Source: Azolla caroliniana (taxonomy: Eukaryota; Plantae; Polypodiophyta). Taken from it: 64,000 bases of DNA. Position 1 is the stretch's first letter. Each line of letters opens with the position of its first letter. Location: the NCBI GenBank assembly GCA_043228905.1, contig JBHGNT010000013.1, positions 14,260,001 through 14,324,000 on the forward strand. The letters run 5' to 3'. Below the pieces are notes generated by a model, which searched no databases, was not told where the DNA came from, and saw only the letters and a list, made by a program, of their open reading frames with translations. The position numbers and the translations under genes were made by a program. Positions 24,462 through 37,822 of this stretch are shown here, in pieces.

Positions 24462-26579
24462 ATGAAGGGGTCGGATCTTGCAGAGGCCATGGCTTCGGCC
24501 GTGGATCGGATATTGAGCGCACGCGAGGGCACCGGCGCCCTCGACAGAGCCATTGAGGCGGTTACGATCGGCCGGTTTAGCGGAAAGGATGCCACGAAGT
24601 ATTTGGCGTCCTACGGGGCAGAAATGCTGATGCGGGACATTCCGGAAGAGAGGCGTCTTGCCGGGTTCCCTCGAGTGGCGATGCCGAGCATCCATGCGGA
24701 GGTGCTCGAGCTACAAGCGGAGAGCCGTACCTGGGAGGAGTTCGAAGGCCGACTCGTAGAAAAATACGGGCTTGACGACGCGCTCCGGCTTTCGAAACGG
24801 GACTTCATGGAATGGGTGGAGTTCCCCGGTAAGGGAAGAAATGCGTCGGCACTCCTCCGGGAGTTTGAAGAACGCTTTGCGCGCCTTTCGGCGCTTGACC
24901 GAACCATTCTAGATACGAGCCGGGTCCTACTATTCGTCAAGTCGGTGGACGAGCGGGACCGGGATCAAGTCGGCTCCTTGCTGGAAACCGAAGACGGGCT
25001 GACGACCGACTGGGCTGCGGTTAAGAGAGTCTGTGGTCGTTTCGACAAACGGCGAGAATGGGCTGATAACTGGGTGGCCGACGCGGGCTCTGTCACAACA
25101 AGGAGGCTTGAACCGGCACCGCAAGGGCGAAGGGTAGAAGCCCGGGAGTGGCTCGAAACCGGGTCAGCTCCGACAGGCATGATCAATGACTCATCCGGAG
25201 GAGCAGCGCTGGAGGAGTTGACGCGGGCGATAAAGGATCTCCAGATCGCCCAGACTCGAAGGGAAGGCGGCGAACCGGCTCGTGACCGATGGCCGGTAGC
25301 AGGGAACAGGTGCATGTGGTGCGACAAGGTCGGCCACATTCGGAAGGACTGCGGCAATTTCGCAGAGCCGTTGAGGAACCGAGTGGTGTACCTATGGGAA
25401 GGCCGGGTGCACGCCGGCGATACCAGAAGGGCCCTAAACTGAAACGACGGGCGAGGAGGTATGAAGAGACTGATGCAAGAGGCAGCGGCCCGACACGTGG
25501 AGGCCATCCACTACTCGGCGTCGGCCGGTATTCGGGTTGGGGGCAGCGAGGCCCGAAAGGAGAGCAAAGACGGATTTCGGTCGGCAATACTGGAAGGCCT
25601 CGTCGGCACACGGCTGAGGAAAGATGAAGCGGACAGCGCTAAGAGACGGGTCCGGGAAATAACCGGGTGGAGCGACCCGGTCGAGGAGAAGACGGGCTTC
25701 GTAGAAGCCGCCTGCCGAAACTACGAGGCTCTGGTAGAAGACAAACGAGTAGGGAAAGCCGGAGCGGCCGGGCCCTCACAACGAAACGAGACCCGATTCG
25801 GGCAATGAAGGAACGATGCCGGTGGGTCCAGCGCGCAAGATAACCCCAGGAAGGGCGGATACCGACTTGGGACGGAAATAGAAAGGACCACGAACCTACG
25901 AAAGGTCCTAGAAGAACGGATCCTCGACAGCAAAGTGGAGCTGTCATTGTGGGAGGTGCTGGGGATCGCTAAGAAGGAGTTCCACGACTCCATTGTGGAC
26001 TTGGTGAAGCGGAAGAGGCTGTCGACGGAGACGGAACCGGAAAGACCGGTGGAGGTACGGACGACGCACATTGACGACTTGGCGCTGGAAGATGAGTGGG
26101 CGGGGAGCCACTATTCGAGGCCACACTGGGCCCGAGCGACCACGGAGACCCCGGTAAAGATCGGAGATGTCCAGGAACCGGTGGTGGCACTGGTGGACCA
26201 CGGTTCGGAAATAAACCTGATGTCCATGGACTTCTATAAGAAGGGAAAGTGGCCGATCAACACCAAGCACGGGTGGAAGATACGGGCGGCGACGCACGCC
26301 ACCAAGGAACTGCACGGGGCCTGCCCGAACGTGCGAGTCAAGATCGGCGACGTCAAGATTGACCAACACTTCTTCGTATAGGAGTCCTCGCACCCAGTCA
26401 TATTAGGGGAACCATACATCACGGCGGCGCGAATGGAGACCAAGGTGTTGAACAACGGTTCGGCCTACGCGAGGGTCAAAAGCCAGGACAGGCGCCATTC
26501 GGTCCAATTTCTGACGGTGCGGCCGAACCACGAGCGAAACCGTGAATCCCTCGGTGGCGAGAACCGGGAGGAGTTTTAG
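24462..26579 (+). pseudogene. gag: Element F gag-protease ORF with three premature stops
   Basis: Collinear with the A ORF. Stops at ~25440, 25806 and 26379 are consistent with C-to-T changes. CCHC and LVDHGSEINLM motifs present. Confidence 0.9.
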
Positions 26580-29500
26580 AGATGGCTGCCAAGGCGTGGG
26601 GCCGAGACAGTCCGGACACTCGGGAAAGACCCCACAGCTGTACGATAGAACCGAAACCGAAGAAACCTTGTACGATAGGTAGAAATATTTTCTTCTCCAA
26701 CGACGGAGGGTGTATGATAGTCGGCATCGTTGGCCGAGAAAAGGCAAGGGCGGAGGAGCGACTTCGAGCGTGCGGAGTTCTCGGCCCGGACGAGGAAATC
26801 AGCGGAGCCGTGGAGGTGGTCTCCTTCGACGACACCTTGGGAATGCTGAGGGAGGTAGCTGGAGAAGACCTTAACGAAGACCGGACGATACCGGTATGTT
26901 CCGAAGAGATGTACGAAGTCATCGCGAACTTCAATCAGGGGCTCGGGTCGGATCGGACGGCCCGGGTTAGCACGAAGTACAAGACGGTGGACCGAAAGGT
27001 AAGGCCAGTCGCGGCACCCTTACCGGAGGGCAGCGAGTCCCGAATCAGAGGGGTTGCGTCAGACCCCAGTTTACGAGATCCGGTCTGCATTGGACACGCC
27101 TTCACCGACGGGACGCTCCGGGAGCTCAAAATCAGTGGGGGCGGGTTCCTACTGCCGGCAGAGGAAGACCGGTTTCGGAGGATGCTCGGAAGGCACGGGA
27201 AAGCCTTCGCATTCTCACCGGAAGAGATCGGGTGCGTAGACCCGACAATCGTGGAGCCGATGGTGATATTCACGGTACCGCATGTGCCGTGGAATCTCAA
27301 GCCGATTCCAGTACCGAGAGCTCACATCCCAAAGTTGATGGAGCTATTGAGGCAGAAAGTCGATATGGGCATTCTCGAACCGTCGAGTGCCCCATACTCG
27401 AACCGATGGTTTACCGTACCAAAGAAAAACGGAACATTGCGCTTCATTCAAGACCTGAAGTCGGTCAACAGAGTGACCATTCGGAACGCAGGAATCGGAC
27501 CGACCATAGACGAGTTCGCGGAGGCCTTCGCCGGAAGGTCGATTTACTCGGTCGGTGATCTGTACTCGGGGTACGACCAGTTCCAGCTAGCCGTGGAAAG
27601 CAGAGACATTACAACGATGCGAACTCCCCTCGGCCTAGTGCGAATGTGTACCCTGCCGCAAGGTGGGACCAACTCGGTGGCCCACATGGTGAATGCAATG
27701 AACAAGGTACTGAGGGATTGCATCCCGGATATCACCATGCCATTTCTAGACGACATCCCAATCAAGGGGTGCCCGGTGGAAGAGAAGGACGAGACACTCG
27801 GGCCGGACGGATGCCGGCGATTCGTGGCAACACACATCGACGACTGCGAGAAGGTTTAGAGGTTGCGAGCCTCACCTTCTCCGGGGAGAAATCGGCCTTC
27901 GGGCAATCAGAAATCCTGGTGGTCGGACACCTATGCGGACCATATGGCCGGAAGCCGTCTCCGGCAAAAGTAGAAGCCATCTCCGCGATGAAGACCGACT
28001 GTAGTTCGGTTACGGAAGTTCGGAGGTTCTTGGGGGCGTGCGCGTTCTACCACATATGGATCCCGCATTACGCCCACGTTGCGGAGCCGCTATACGGGTT
28101 GCTGAAGAAAGGGCGAAAATTCGAGTGGCGAGACGAGCACACGGAGTCAGTCCGGAAGCTGAAGGAAGCTCTTGCGGCAGCACCGGCGCTCCGGAAGGCT
28201 GTCTACGAGAAGGATACCCCGGTATACATAACGGTGGATACGAGTCCGATCGGGATCGGATGGGTCGTCAACCAAGAGGACGAGGACGACATTCAGTTCC
28301 CGATCCGATTCGGCGCGAAGGTCCTGAGTGAGCAACAACGAGGGTACGCCCAGGTTAAACGCGAACTCTGGGGTATCGTTTCGGCAGTAAAGGCCGACAA
28401 AGACTACCTGATCGGGACAAAAGTGATTATCGAGACGGATTGCCTGCCGATTCTCGGCATGGTTTCCGGATGCGCGACACCGGACCTGGCGATGCTCAGG
28501 TGGATAGCGTACATCAAGTCCCTGAACCCGGAGATACGACACATTTCCAGAAAGGACAACGACATGGCCGACATGCTTTCGAGGGCGAGGTTTGATGGCG
28601 AGGGCGGCATGGTTTCGGAGGACGAAGAAGTCGGCGTGGACTTCTTCGAGGCAGCGTACGTGACGACCGATGGGACGAGCACTTCGGCGCTTAACGGCTT
28701 CGATGAGAGCAAGTACGACGGCGAGTGGCTCCAAATCAGTGGTTTCTTGAGGACAACGATGCTGGATGCGTCGTGGACGAGGGACGAGGCCAACCGGATC
28801 CGGAAGAAAGCATACCGATTCTTTCTCCGGGACAGATACTTATGGAAGCCCCCGAAGAAGAGGAACGGCGTTCCGCTCCGGGTGGTGGCGATGAAGGAAG
28901 AACAGGAGGAGTTGCTGACGGCCTACAACGACAGCCCTTGGGCTGGACACCGTGGAACGTGGGCCACGTTCGAGAAGATAAAGGGGAAGTACTGGTGGCC
29001 GGGACTGTACAGGGACGTGCATCGGTTCGTGACAACTTGCGAGAGCTGTCAGATGCACTCCATAGTCCGACATCGGGATGAGCTTCACCCTACGTACCCT
29101 CCGACCATCCACTTCAAATGGATGGTAGATCTGGTGACAATGCCGATGGGAGTAGGACAGATGCGGTATCTGGTCCTGGCTCGGGAAGATCTGACGAACC
29201 AGGTGGAAGGCCGAGCCCTTCAGAACAAAACAACCGCGGCCGTATGTCGGTTCCTGATTGAGGACGTGGTATGCCGGTACGGGTGCGTCGGGAAGATCGT
29301 GGCTGATCGTGGGGAGTTGGATGCCGAAGAGGCCGAAGAGTTGTTCGACCGGCTAGGAGTCAAGCTCTCGCTTACCACTGCGTACAATCCGGAGGCGAAT
29401 GGGAAGGTGGAGCGCGGACACGGACCGATCGTCAAGGCGTTAGTTCGGGCATGCGGAGGTCAAGTCGAGAACTGGCCGCGGCTGTTGCCTTACGCGTTGT

Positions 29501-30045
29501 GGGCGGACCGAACCGGATTCATGCCGGCAGAGCTCATGTTTGGGCAGAAACTGATCATGCCGATGGAACGTACGATCTCCTCATGGGCAACCGTGGACTG
29601 GAAAGACGAGATGAGCCGGGAGGAACTGTTGGCGGCGCGCATACGACAGCTCGAGCGAAGACCGGAGGACATGGAGCAGGCTGCGGGAAAGCTTCGGGTG
29701 GCAAGGACGAGGAACAAAGCCTGGTTCGACCGAACGCACCGGCTCCGACCAAAGAAGATCGAGGAAGGCGACTGGGTGCTAGTCTACGACAGCAGCCTCG
29801 ACAACCAGCACCGAGCGACACGGAAGTTCGCAAGAAGGTGGTTCGGGCCTTACGTGGTACAAAGCGCCAACGACAACGGGACGTACCATTTGGCGGAGCT
29901 CGACGGCACGAGAATGGCAATACCGGTAGCTGGGAAGCGGATCAAATCGTTCAAGAAGCATCACGACGACGAGCCGGATCCTGTTAACCTGGACCACGAC
30001 AACGAACGATCCGAAACCGAGGAAGAACCGACGGGCGGGGAATGA
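26576..30045 (+). pseudogene. pol: Element F pol (RT-RNaseH-integrase with GPY/F motif, no chromodomain), one frameshift near 27857
   Basis: Track ORFs 26582..27859 and 27646..30045. PFLDD, TVDTS, GHRG..CESC, WMVDLV, NGKVERG, WFGPY. Confidence 0.93.
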
Positions 30046-31416
30046 AGGCTGGACCGGTTTTCTCCATCCCAACTCAATTTGGCGCATGCCGGTGGGTGCC
30101 CGGTTAGGTGGGGGCGGATGTCGTGAAGAAAACCGTCCACAAGCGGAATCGGTGCACCGGAGCGTAGGAACCGGCTATTCATGCACGTGCGTCTTATGTG
30201 GTACATAGAAGCGCCTAGGTTGGAAGTTAATGGGAAACGACTCCTTTCTTTCCTATAAAAGGAGGGAGACGAGGAGGTTCGGCGGATCGCGGTTAGAGAG
30301 GACGAAGTGCTGTCGAGTTGTGGGACGAAGGCTTCTCTCTCTTCCATACTCCGTAGCTTCTTTCTGTGCAGGGTTTCGGGAGGCTCGCGCTGCTCTGAGG
30401 AATGCCCGAGTGCTTCCAGCAGCACCTCCAACCTACTCCTTTCTTTCTGAGCGTTTACGAACAGGCATCGGCATCTGTTCGTTGGCCTGTTCGGTTGTAA
30501 CCGACTTCGTGCTTCTTGTTGTTTGTCCTTGTTAATATATATATACATACATTCGTGTCTCTCTGCGTCGTGTCCTACTCGCGTCTTTGTGTCGAAGGGC
30601 CGTGTCCCTGTGAATCTACGCCCACACGTAGTGGGTCCCTTCCCTTCTCCTTTGTCTCTTGCTCTTCGGTACAAGACCCCCGAGGCCCCGCCTCATTCCA
30701 CGCATCCGCGAGGAATACCTCGACAGCATACAGATTCTTCCTGCGGGACGGGTGCATATGGAGGCACCCAAAGAAGAGAAGCGGCATTCCACTCCGAGTA
30801 GTGGCAAAGAAAGAAGAATAGGGGAAACTATTGGTGACATTTCACGAGAGCCCCTGGGCCGGACACCACGGAACGTGGGCCACTTTCGAGAAGCTGAAGG
30901 AGAAGTACTTGACGGGAACTAAACGCTCCTTATGCACAACGCTCGGCCACAACCGAGCTTAGAATCATACTCAGAAAAACGGGTAATGAATGCACGACAC
31001 GAAGAAGAGAAGAGTACACAGGATGTTTACGTGGAAAACCCAACCTAAGGGAAAAACCACGGCAGCCCACAGGCTGCAAACTATCACTATGTTAGAATGT
31101 ACAATAGTGAGTTCACGGAGGCAACAACCTCGTGCTCACGATCTTCGCCACAAGCGGCGGTTACAACTGAGGCAACGACCTCTTCCTCTCTCTCTCTCTC
31201 TCTCTGTACACAGTTACGCGCTCTGATCTCGCGCAGACAAGAATAACAACAACACACACAAAAGTTTTCCCTAAGTCATATTTATACTAATATGACTTTT
31301 TGGCTATTTACAAATATAGCCACGATGGACTCTCAGAAACATATTTACGAATACGTCTCTTCATCCGGAGAGCGTTGCTCACCGGGCCTGCATCATCCGG
31401 ATCTTGCCGGGCACTC

Positions 31417-31628
31417 GTCATCCGATTCTCACCGGGTCTGCGCCATCCGGCTCTCCGTAGCCGGGTACTCCTCATCCGGTTCTCACCGGGTTTGCACCAT
31501 CCAGCTCTCCGTAGCCAGGTACTCCTCATCCGGTTCTCACCGGGTATGCACCATCCGGCTCTCCGTAGTCGGGTACTCCTTATCTACTTCTCACCGGGTC
31601 TGCACCATCCGGCTCTCCGTAGCCGAGT
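31417..31628. repeat. 54-bp tandem repeat (about 4 copies) in U3 of the G 3' LTR
   Basis: CTCATCCGGTTCTCACCGGG...GTACTC recurs with period 54 (31471, 31525). Confidence 0.85.
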
Positions 31629-31694
31629 ATGTTCATCAGCACTGTTCTTCTCCCTACCCATCCGGAGGGACCTGTCTCCCAACAAACTCCCCCT

Positions 31695-34600
31695 TCACTC
31701 CGGCATGGGGTGTCTTACTAGTCCGATCCTCTTCCGGCATGCATCCAGCTTGTCGGGTATCAGCACTTTGGTCAGCATATCTGACCCGTTCTCGGCCGTG
31801 TGGATCTTCATCAGTGCGAACTCTTGGTCATCTACTCTTTCCCGGATCTAGTGATACCTTCGCTGGATATGCTTCATCCGAGAATGGTAGGCCACATTCT
31901 TAACAAGGTGGATGGCACTTTGATTGTCGCAGTAGAGCCGGTATTCATCTTGCCGGATACCGAGCTCTCCGATGAAGTCCTTCATCCATAATATTTCCTT
32001 GCCGACTTCAACAACCGCCATGTACTCCGCCTCCGTGGTTGACAATGCAACCGTCTTCTGCAGCCTCGACTGCCACGAAACAGCTCCCCCTGCATATGTC
32101 ATTACATACCCGGATGTAGACCGGCTGGTATCCACATCAGCCAACATGTCCGAATCAGTGAAACCGTCAAGTTGAGGTTTTCCGGAGCCGAATCGGAGAC
32201 ACATATTTGAAGTGCCCTTCAAATACCAGAGTATCCATTTGACCGCGTTGCAATGCTCCTTGCCGGGATTGCTCATAAACCGGCTCACCACTCCGACTGC
32301 GTATCCTATATCCGGTCGGGTACACACCATTGCGTACATCAAGCTCCCGACGACAGAGGCATATGGAATCTTCATCATATCCGCCTTCTCTGCTTTCGTC
32401 TTCGGGCTTTGCTTACAGGATAACCTGCAGTTTGTCGGAAGTGTCGATCCGACCGGTTTCACATCTGACATGTTGAATCGGTGAAGCACCTTTGTCACGT
32501 ACTTCTCCTGTGACAGCCATAATTGCTTCAATGACCGGTTCCGGATAATATGCATCCCCAACATCTGTCTTGCCGGACCCAAGTCTTTCATTGAGAAGGT
32601 CCGGTTGAGAGCCATCTTCAGCATCCGTATTTTGACTTGGTCCCGTCCGACGATCAACATGTCATCCACGTATAGAAGGAGTATCAGGAAGTCGCCTCCT
32701 TCGAACTTCTTCACAAACACGCAGTGATCGGCCTGCGTCTTGTGGTACCCTTGATCGGCCATGAAGGAATCGAACTTCCGGTACCATTGCCAGGGGGCCT
32801 GCTTCAACCCGTAGAGGCTCTTCTTCAACCGGCAAACCAGGTGCTCCTTCCCTTTCACCACGAATCCTTCCGGTTGCTGCATGTAGATCTCCTCTTCGAG
32901 GTCGCCATGAAGGAATGGCGTCTTCACATCTAGGTGCTCTACCTCGAGGTCCATGCTTGCCGCTATACTCAGCACCATCCAAATGGAGGACATCTTTACT
33001 ACCGGGGCAAATATCTCGACAAAGTCCACGCCCTTCTTCTATTGGAACCCCTTCACCACGATCCTGGCTTTGTATCTCGGGGGGTTGCCGGCATCTCTCG
33101 GTTTCAACTTGTATACCCACTTATTTCGGAGTGCCCGCTTTCCTTCCGGAAACTCCACCAATTCGTACATATGGTTCTCATGCAGGGAATCCATCTCATC
33201 CTGCATGGCACTTAACCATTTGTGGTTGTGTGTCATCCTTCACTTCTTCGAAGCTTTCTAGCTCCCCCTCATCGGTTAACAGCACATGCTCTACATCCGG
33301 AAATCTCCGGGGGGCCCTTCTCTCTCTGAGAGGATATCTCCGTCTCTGGGCTTCGGTAACCGGCTCCTCTATTTGCTCTTCATCCGAATCCAATTCGGGG
33401 TCTTGGCCGGTTCCGGTTTCAGCTTCCTCTACTTTTTCTTCTGCTGATTCGGTATCCTCACCGTAACCGGCTGGTTCCTCGAGTGCTAACCGGTCTCTAG
33501 TCGGTTGGGTCTGCTCATCGTAGAATCGATCCTTACCGGCCGACTCGGAGTTCATTATCTTCTTCTCCAACTCCCAGTCGGCGAGTGTCTTGTCCTCTAT
33601 CAAGATAATATCTCAACTCCGGAATACCTTCTTGTCGACCAGGTCCCACACTCGGTAGCCGAACTCATCGTCGCTGTAACCGAGGAATATGCATGGCCGG
33701 GTCTTTGGATCCAACTTTCCTCTCCGGTCCTTAGCTACATGCACGTACGTGAGACACCCGAATACCTTCAAATGCCGGTAGGACACTTCCTTACCGGTCC
33801 AGACTCTCTGTGGCGTGTCTCCGTCCAAGGGTACTGAGGGTGATCTATTTATCACATATGTCGCCATCGACAATGCCTCAGCCCAAAACTTCTTGGGTAG
33901 TTTTGCATGTGCCAGCATACTCTGGACCCTCTCCATTATGGTCCGGTTCATCCTCTCGGCCAACCCATTTAGTTCCGGCGTCTTCGGCACGGTAAATTCG
34001 AGCTGGATTCCCTTCGAGCGACAGTACTCCTCGAACTGCCCCCGGTATTCACCTCCGTTATCTGCTCGAACCGCCTTCAGTTTCTAGCCGGTTTCTCTTT
34101 CCACTCTCGCGTGGAGCTCTTTGAAGACGGATAACACCTGATCCTTCGTCTTCAACGGTGTGGCCCACAGCTTCCGGCTGTGGTCATCTATGAACGTCAC
34201 GAAGTACTGCGATCCTGCATGTGACTTTGTGTCCACTTGACACACATCAGTATGCACCAACTCCAGTGGTGCATTACGTCTCATCGGTGGCCTCGATCAG
34301 AAGGAGGTCCGGTTTTGCTTTCCGGCCAGACAATCAGTGCACTTCTCCAAGTGCACATTCTTCACTGGAATGAGGTTGTCGTCTGCAAGCCTCTTCATCC
34401 CCTTCTCGCTCATGTGACACAGCCTCTTGTGCCACAGCTCACCGGTAGTGTTGGATGGCACGTTCACTTCCTCCAGACATAACCGGGCATTCATCAAGTA
34501 CAACGTGTTTACCTTCCGGGCCCGAGCCACAATCAGGTTCCCTTTGCTGAACTTCATAACACCGTTCCGGATGCTACCCGTGTAGCCTTCATCATCTGGC

Positions 34601-35738
34601 CGACCGGCTGATATCAGGTTCAGACGAACCTCCGGAACGTGTCGGACATGCTTCAACAGCATCTTGCAACCGGTTGATGTTGACAACCACACGTCTCCTA
34701 TGCCGACAATTCGGCAAGTTCCTTCATTCCCCATCCGGACACAGTCGTGATCACTGGTTGAGTAGGATAAGAAGCATTTGCGGTCCGGGGTAAGGTGGAA
34801 CGATGCTCCGGAGTCGACCACCTAGGTCATCTCGTCGCCAGCAAGGTTTATCTCACTCTCCTTGGTGATGAGCATCAACTCTTCTTCACTTGTTGTGATT
34901 GCCGTCGTCCCCTTCCGGTCCGTTCCCCTCCAGTCTTTACCGTTCCGGTCTGGTATCCGCTTCGAGTCGGTACCATCGGTTTCCTTGTCCTTTCGGAAAT
35001 GCCGACAGTTCTTCTGGAAGTGTCCCGGCTTGCCGCAATAGAAGCAAGTAGGTCTCCCCCTTGACTTTGACCGTGTCCCCGACTTTTCACGGTTCTAGGG
35101 ACTACGGTTTCTTTGTCTTCCGCGTTCCGATTCGGTAAGGAGCGCTTTGGAATCGGAGCTCGCATCTTTATCTTTCCGACGCGCCTCCTCATCTAGCAAG
35201 CTCGACTTTACTCTTGCTAGGGATAACCGTTTCCCTTCCGGCCCAACGTTGCCCAAAGTGACAACCAACGTCTCCCAGCTATCCAGGAGGGAACCGAGCA
35301 GGAGTAGTGCTAGTACCTCATCGGTGAGAGGTACTTCCAATGATGTTGCCTGGTGGATCAACCCCTGGAAGGCATTCATGTGCTCCGCCATGCTGGAGCC
35401 ATCTTGGTACCGGAGTCTTACTAGCTTCTGGAATACCAAAACCTGATTGATACATTTTTGTTTTGGAACATAATGTCGATCTTCTCCTAGAGCTCATGAG
35501 TCTTGCTCTCTTCATTGAAGTTGTTGTATAGGCTCATGTCAATGAAGCACCGTATGTACGCCGTTGTCTTCATGTGCATCACCTCCCATATCGCGGTGTC
35601 GATTTTGTTCGGTCTCTTGTCCCCGAACTGAACCGGTAGCCAGAGGTCTTTAACCACGAGCATGTCCCTCATCTTCGACTTCCACACCGAATAGTTCGAG
35701 CCGGTGAGCTTGAACATGCCTCCCAACGAATCGTCCAT
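31695..35738 (-). pseudogene. gag-pol: Copia G gag-pol, disrupted
   Basis: [52 protein letters not shown]. Several stops and frameshifts. Confidence 0.93.
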
Positions 35739-37822
35739 TTTCTGTGTCGTCTCGCTCTGATACCACTTGACGGGAACTAAACGCTCCTTATGCACAACGC
35801 TCGGCCACAACTGAGCTTAGAATCATACACAGAAAAATGGGTAATGAATGCACAACACGAAGAAGAGAAGAGTACACAGGATGTTTACGTGGAAAACCCA
35901 ACTTAAGGGAAAAACCATGGCAGCCCACAGGCTGCAAACTATCACTATGTTAGAATGTACAACAGTGAGTTCACGGAGGCAACAACCTCGTGCTCACGAT
36001 CTTCGCCACAGGCGGCGGTTACAACTGAGTATGTTCATCAGCATTGTTCTTCTCCCTTCCCATCCGAAGGGACCTGTCTCCCAACAGTACTGGTGGCCGG
36101 GGCTGTACTAGGATGTGCATCAGTTCGTAACGACTTGCGAAAGCTGTCAGATGCACTCCGTAGTCCGACACCGAGACGAGCTACACCCGACCTACCCGCC
36201 TACGGTCCATTTCAAGTGGATGGTGGACTTGGTGACGATGCCAATGGGGGTAGGACAGATGCAATACCTGGTGCTTGCACGGGAAGACTTAACGAACCAG
36301 GTGGAAGGCCGTGCACTGCAAAGCAAGACAACCGCGACGGTATGCCGCTTCCTAATCGAAGAAGTAGTGTGTCGGTACAGGTGCGTCGGGAGGATCGTGG
36401 CGGACCGGGGAAAGCTGGATACGCGGGAGGCCGAGGAGCTGTTCGACCGGCTAGGCGTCAAACTCTCCCTCACCACGGCGTACAATCGGGAGGCGAACAG
36501 AAAAGTGGAACGTGGGCATGGACCGATTGTAAAGGTGTTGGTGCGTGCATGTGGTGGGCAGGTCGGGAATTGGCCGCCGAACTACACACAGTTCGGTAAC
36601 AGGGTTTATGCCGGCGGAGCTGATGTACGGACAAAAGCCGATCATGCCGGTGGAGCGGACGGTTTCTTCGTGGGCGGCGGTAGATTGGAAGTACGAAATG
36701 AGCCGGGAGGAGTTGCTAGCGGCGCGGATTCGGCAACTCGAGCGGAGGCCGGAGGACGTGATACAAGCGAAGGAAAGGCTGCGAGTGGCAAGGGAGCGGA
36801 ACAAGATCCGGTTCAACCGGACTCACTGATTGCGACCAAAGAAGATCGAGGAAGGAGACTGGGTCTTGGTATACGACAGCAGCCTCGACAATCAGCACAA
36901 GGCGGTGCGAAAGTTTGCTAGGAGATGGTTCGAGCCCTACACGGTGATGAGCGCGAACGACAACGGCACGTACCACCTCGCGAAACTCGACGGGACATGG
37001 TTAGCGGTGCCGGTGGCCGGAAAGCGGATCAAAGCGTTCAAAAAGCGGTTCGAAGACGAGCCGAAGCCTGCGAGCGGGAGCGACAACGACAATCAGTTTG
37101 GGTCCGGCGGAGAATCGGAGAGCAACGAGTGAGGCCGGGTTTCTTCGATATCTACCCGTCTCTGGCGCATACCGGTGGATGCGCGGTTTGGTGGGGGTGG
37201 ATGTCGTGAAGAAAACCGGCCATAGGTGGAATCGGAGAGAAAGCGCATAAACTGGCCCTTACACGGATGGACGCGTGACTTAGTATTTTGTACACGAATC
37301 GGTGGAGATAAATACTAAGCCGCACGCATTTATTAGGGGGGGAGGATTGTGGGTATCCTTGTCAGAGGGACATGGAATAAAGGGAAGAGGACAAGAGAAA
37401 AGGGGTATCGCGCGCGAGGGAGGAGGAGGTGCTGCTGCAGATCTGGGTGCGAGGTCTCTCTCTTCTCGGACGACCGTCGTTCTCTGCGGGTGTCGGGAGT
37501 TCGCTACCTCTGCTTCGGGGACAGCCCGTGTGCTTCCAACAGAGTCTCTTTTTTTTTTTCCCCTTTTGTTTCTTGGAGTAGTGTGACTGTCGTCGGTGTG
37601 CATGAGTAGGGTCCCAGTGTCGGGTCAGTCGCCACCTTGTCGGTTGTAACCGTCGGAGTTTGTAATCTCTTGTCGTTGTAATTAAGTGTTACGTTCTATA
37701 TCTCTCCTTCTCGCTTCTACGTGTCTGTGAATCTCTCTCTCTGTCTCTCTCTCTCTTGCTCCTCGGTCCAAGACCCCCGTGGTCCCGCCCCTTTCTACAC
37801 GTACGCGCGTAACAACGCGACA

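Larger units (their letters stand above)
23812..30725 (+). mobile_element. Full-length Ty3/Gypsy F (Trp group), 6.9 kb
   Basis: 607-bp LTRs 23812-24418 and 30119-30725 (~16 substitutions by eye), Trp PBS 24422-24439, PPT before 30119, flanks GCGA/GCAT (inferred GCGT target). Confidence 0.95.
30910..36086 (-). mobile_element. Tnt1/Tork-like Copia G
   Basis: Perfect TSD GTACT, LTRs 30910-31684 and 35768-36086 (internally deleted), iMet PBS 35754-35765, PPT 31685-31697. Confidence 0.95.
22963..37822 (+). mobile_element. Ty3/Gypsy E (Trp group), internally deleted and probably chimeric
   Basis: Partial 5' LTR 22963-~23440 fused to RNaseH. INT pieces at 30726-30909 and 36087-37132, 3' LTR 37202-37822, TSD GCGT/ACGT. 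The host RT is restored across it (FRT|RYGHYEF). Confidence 0.85.
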
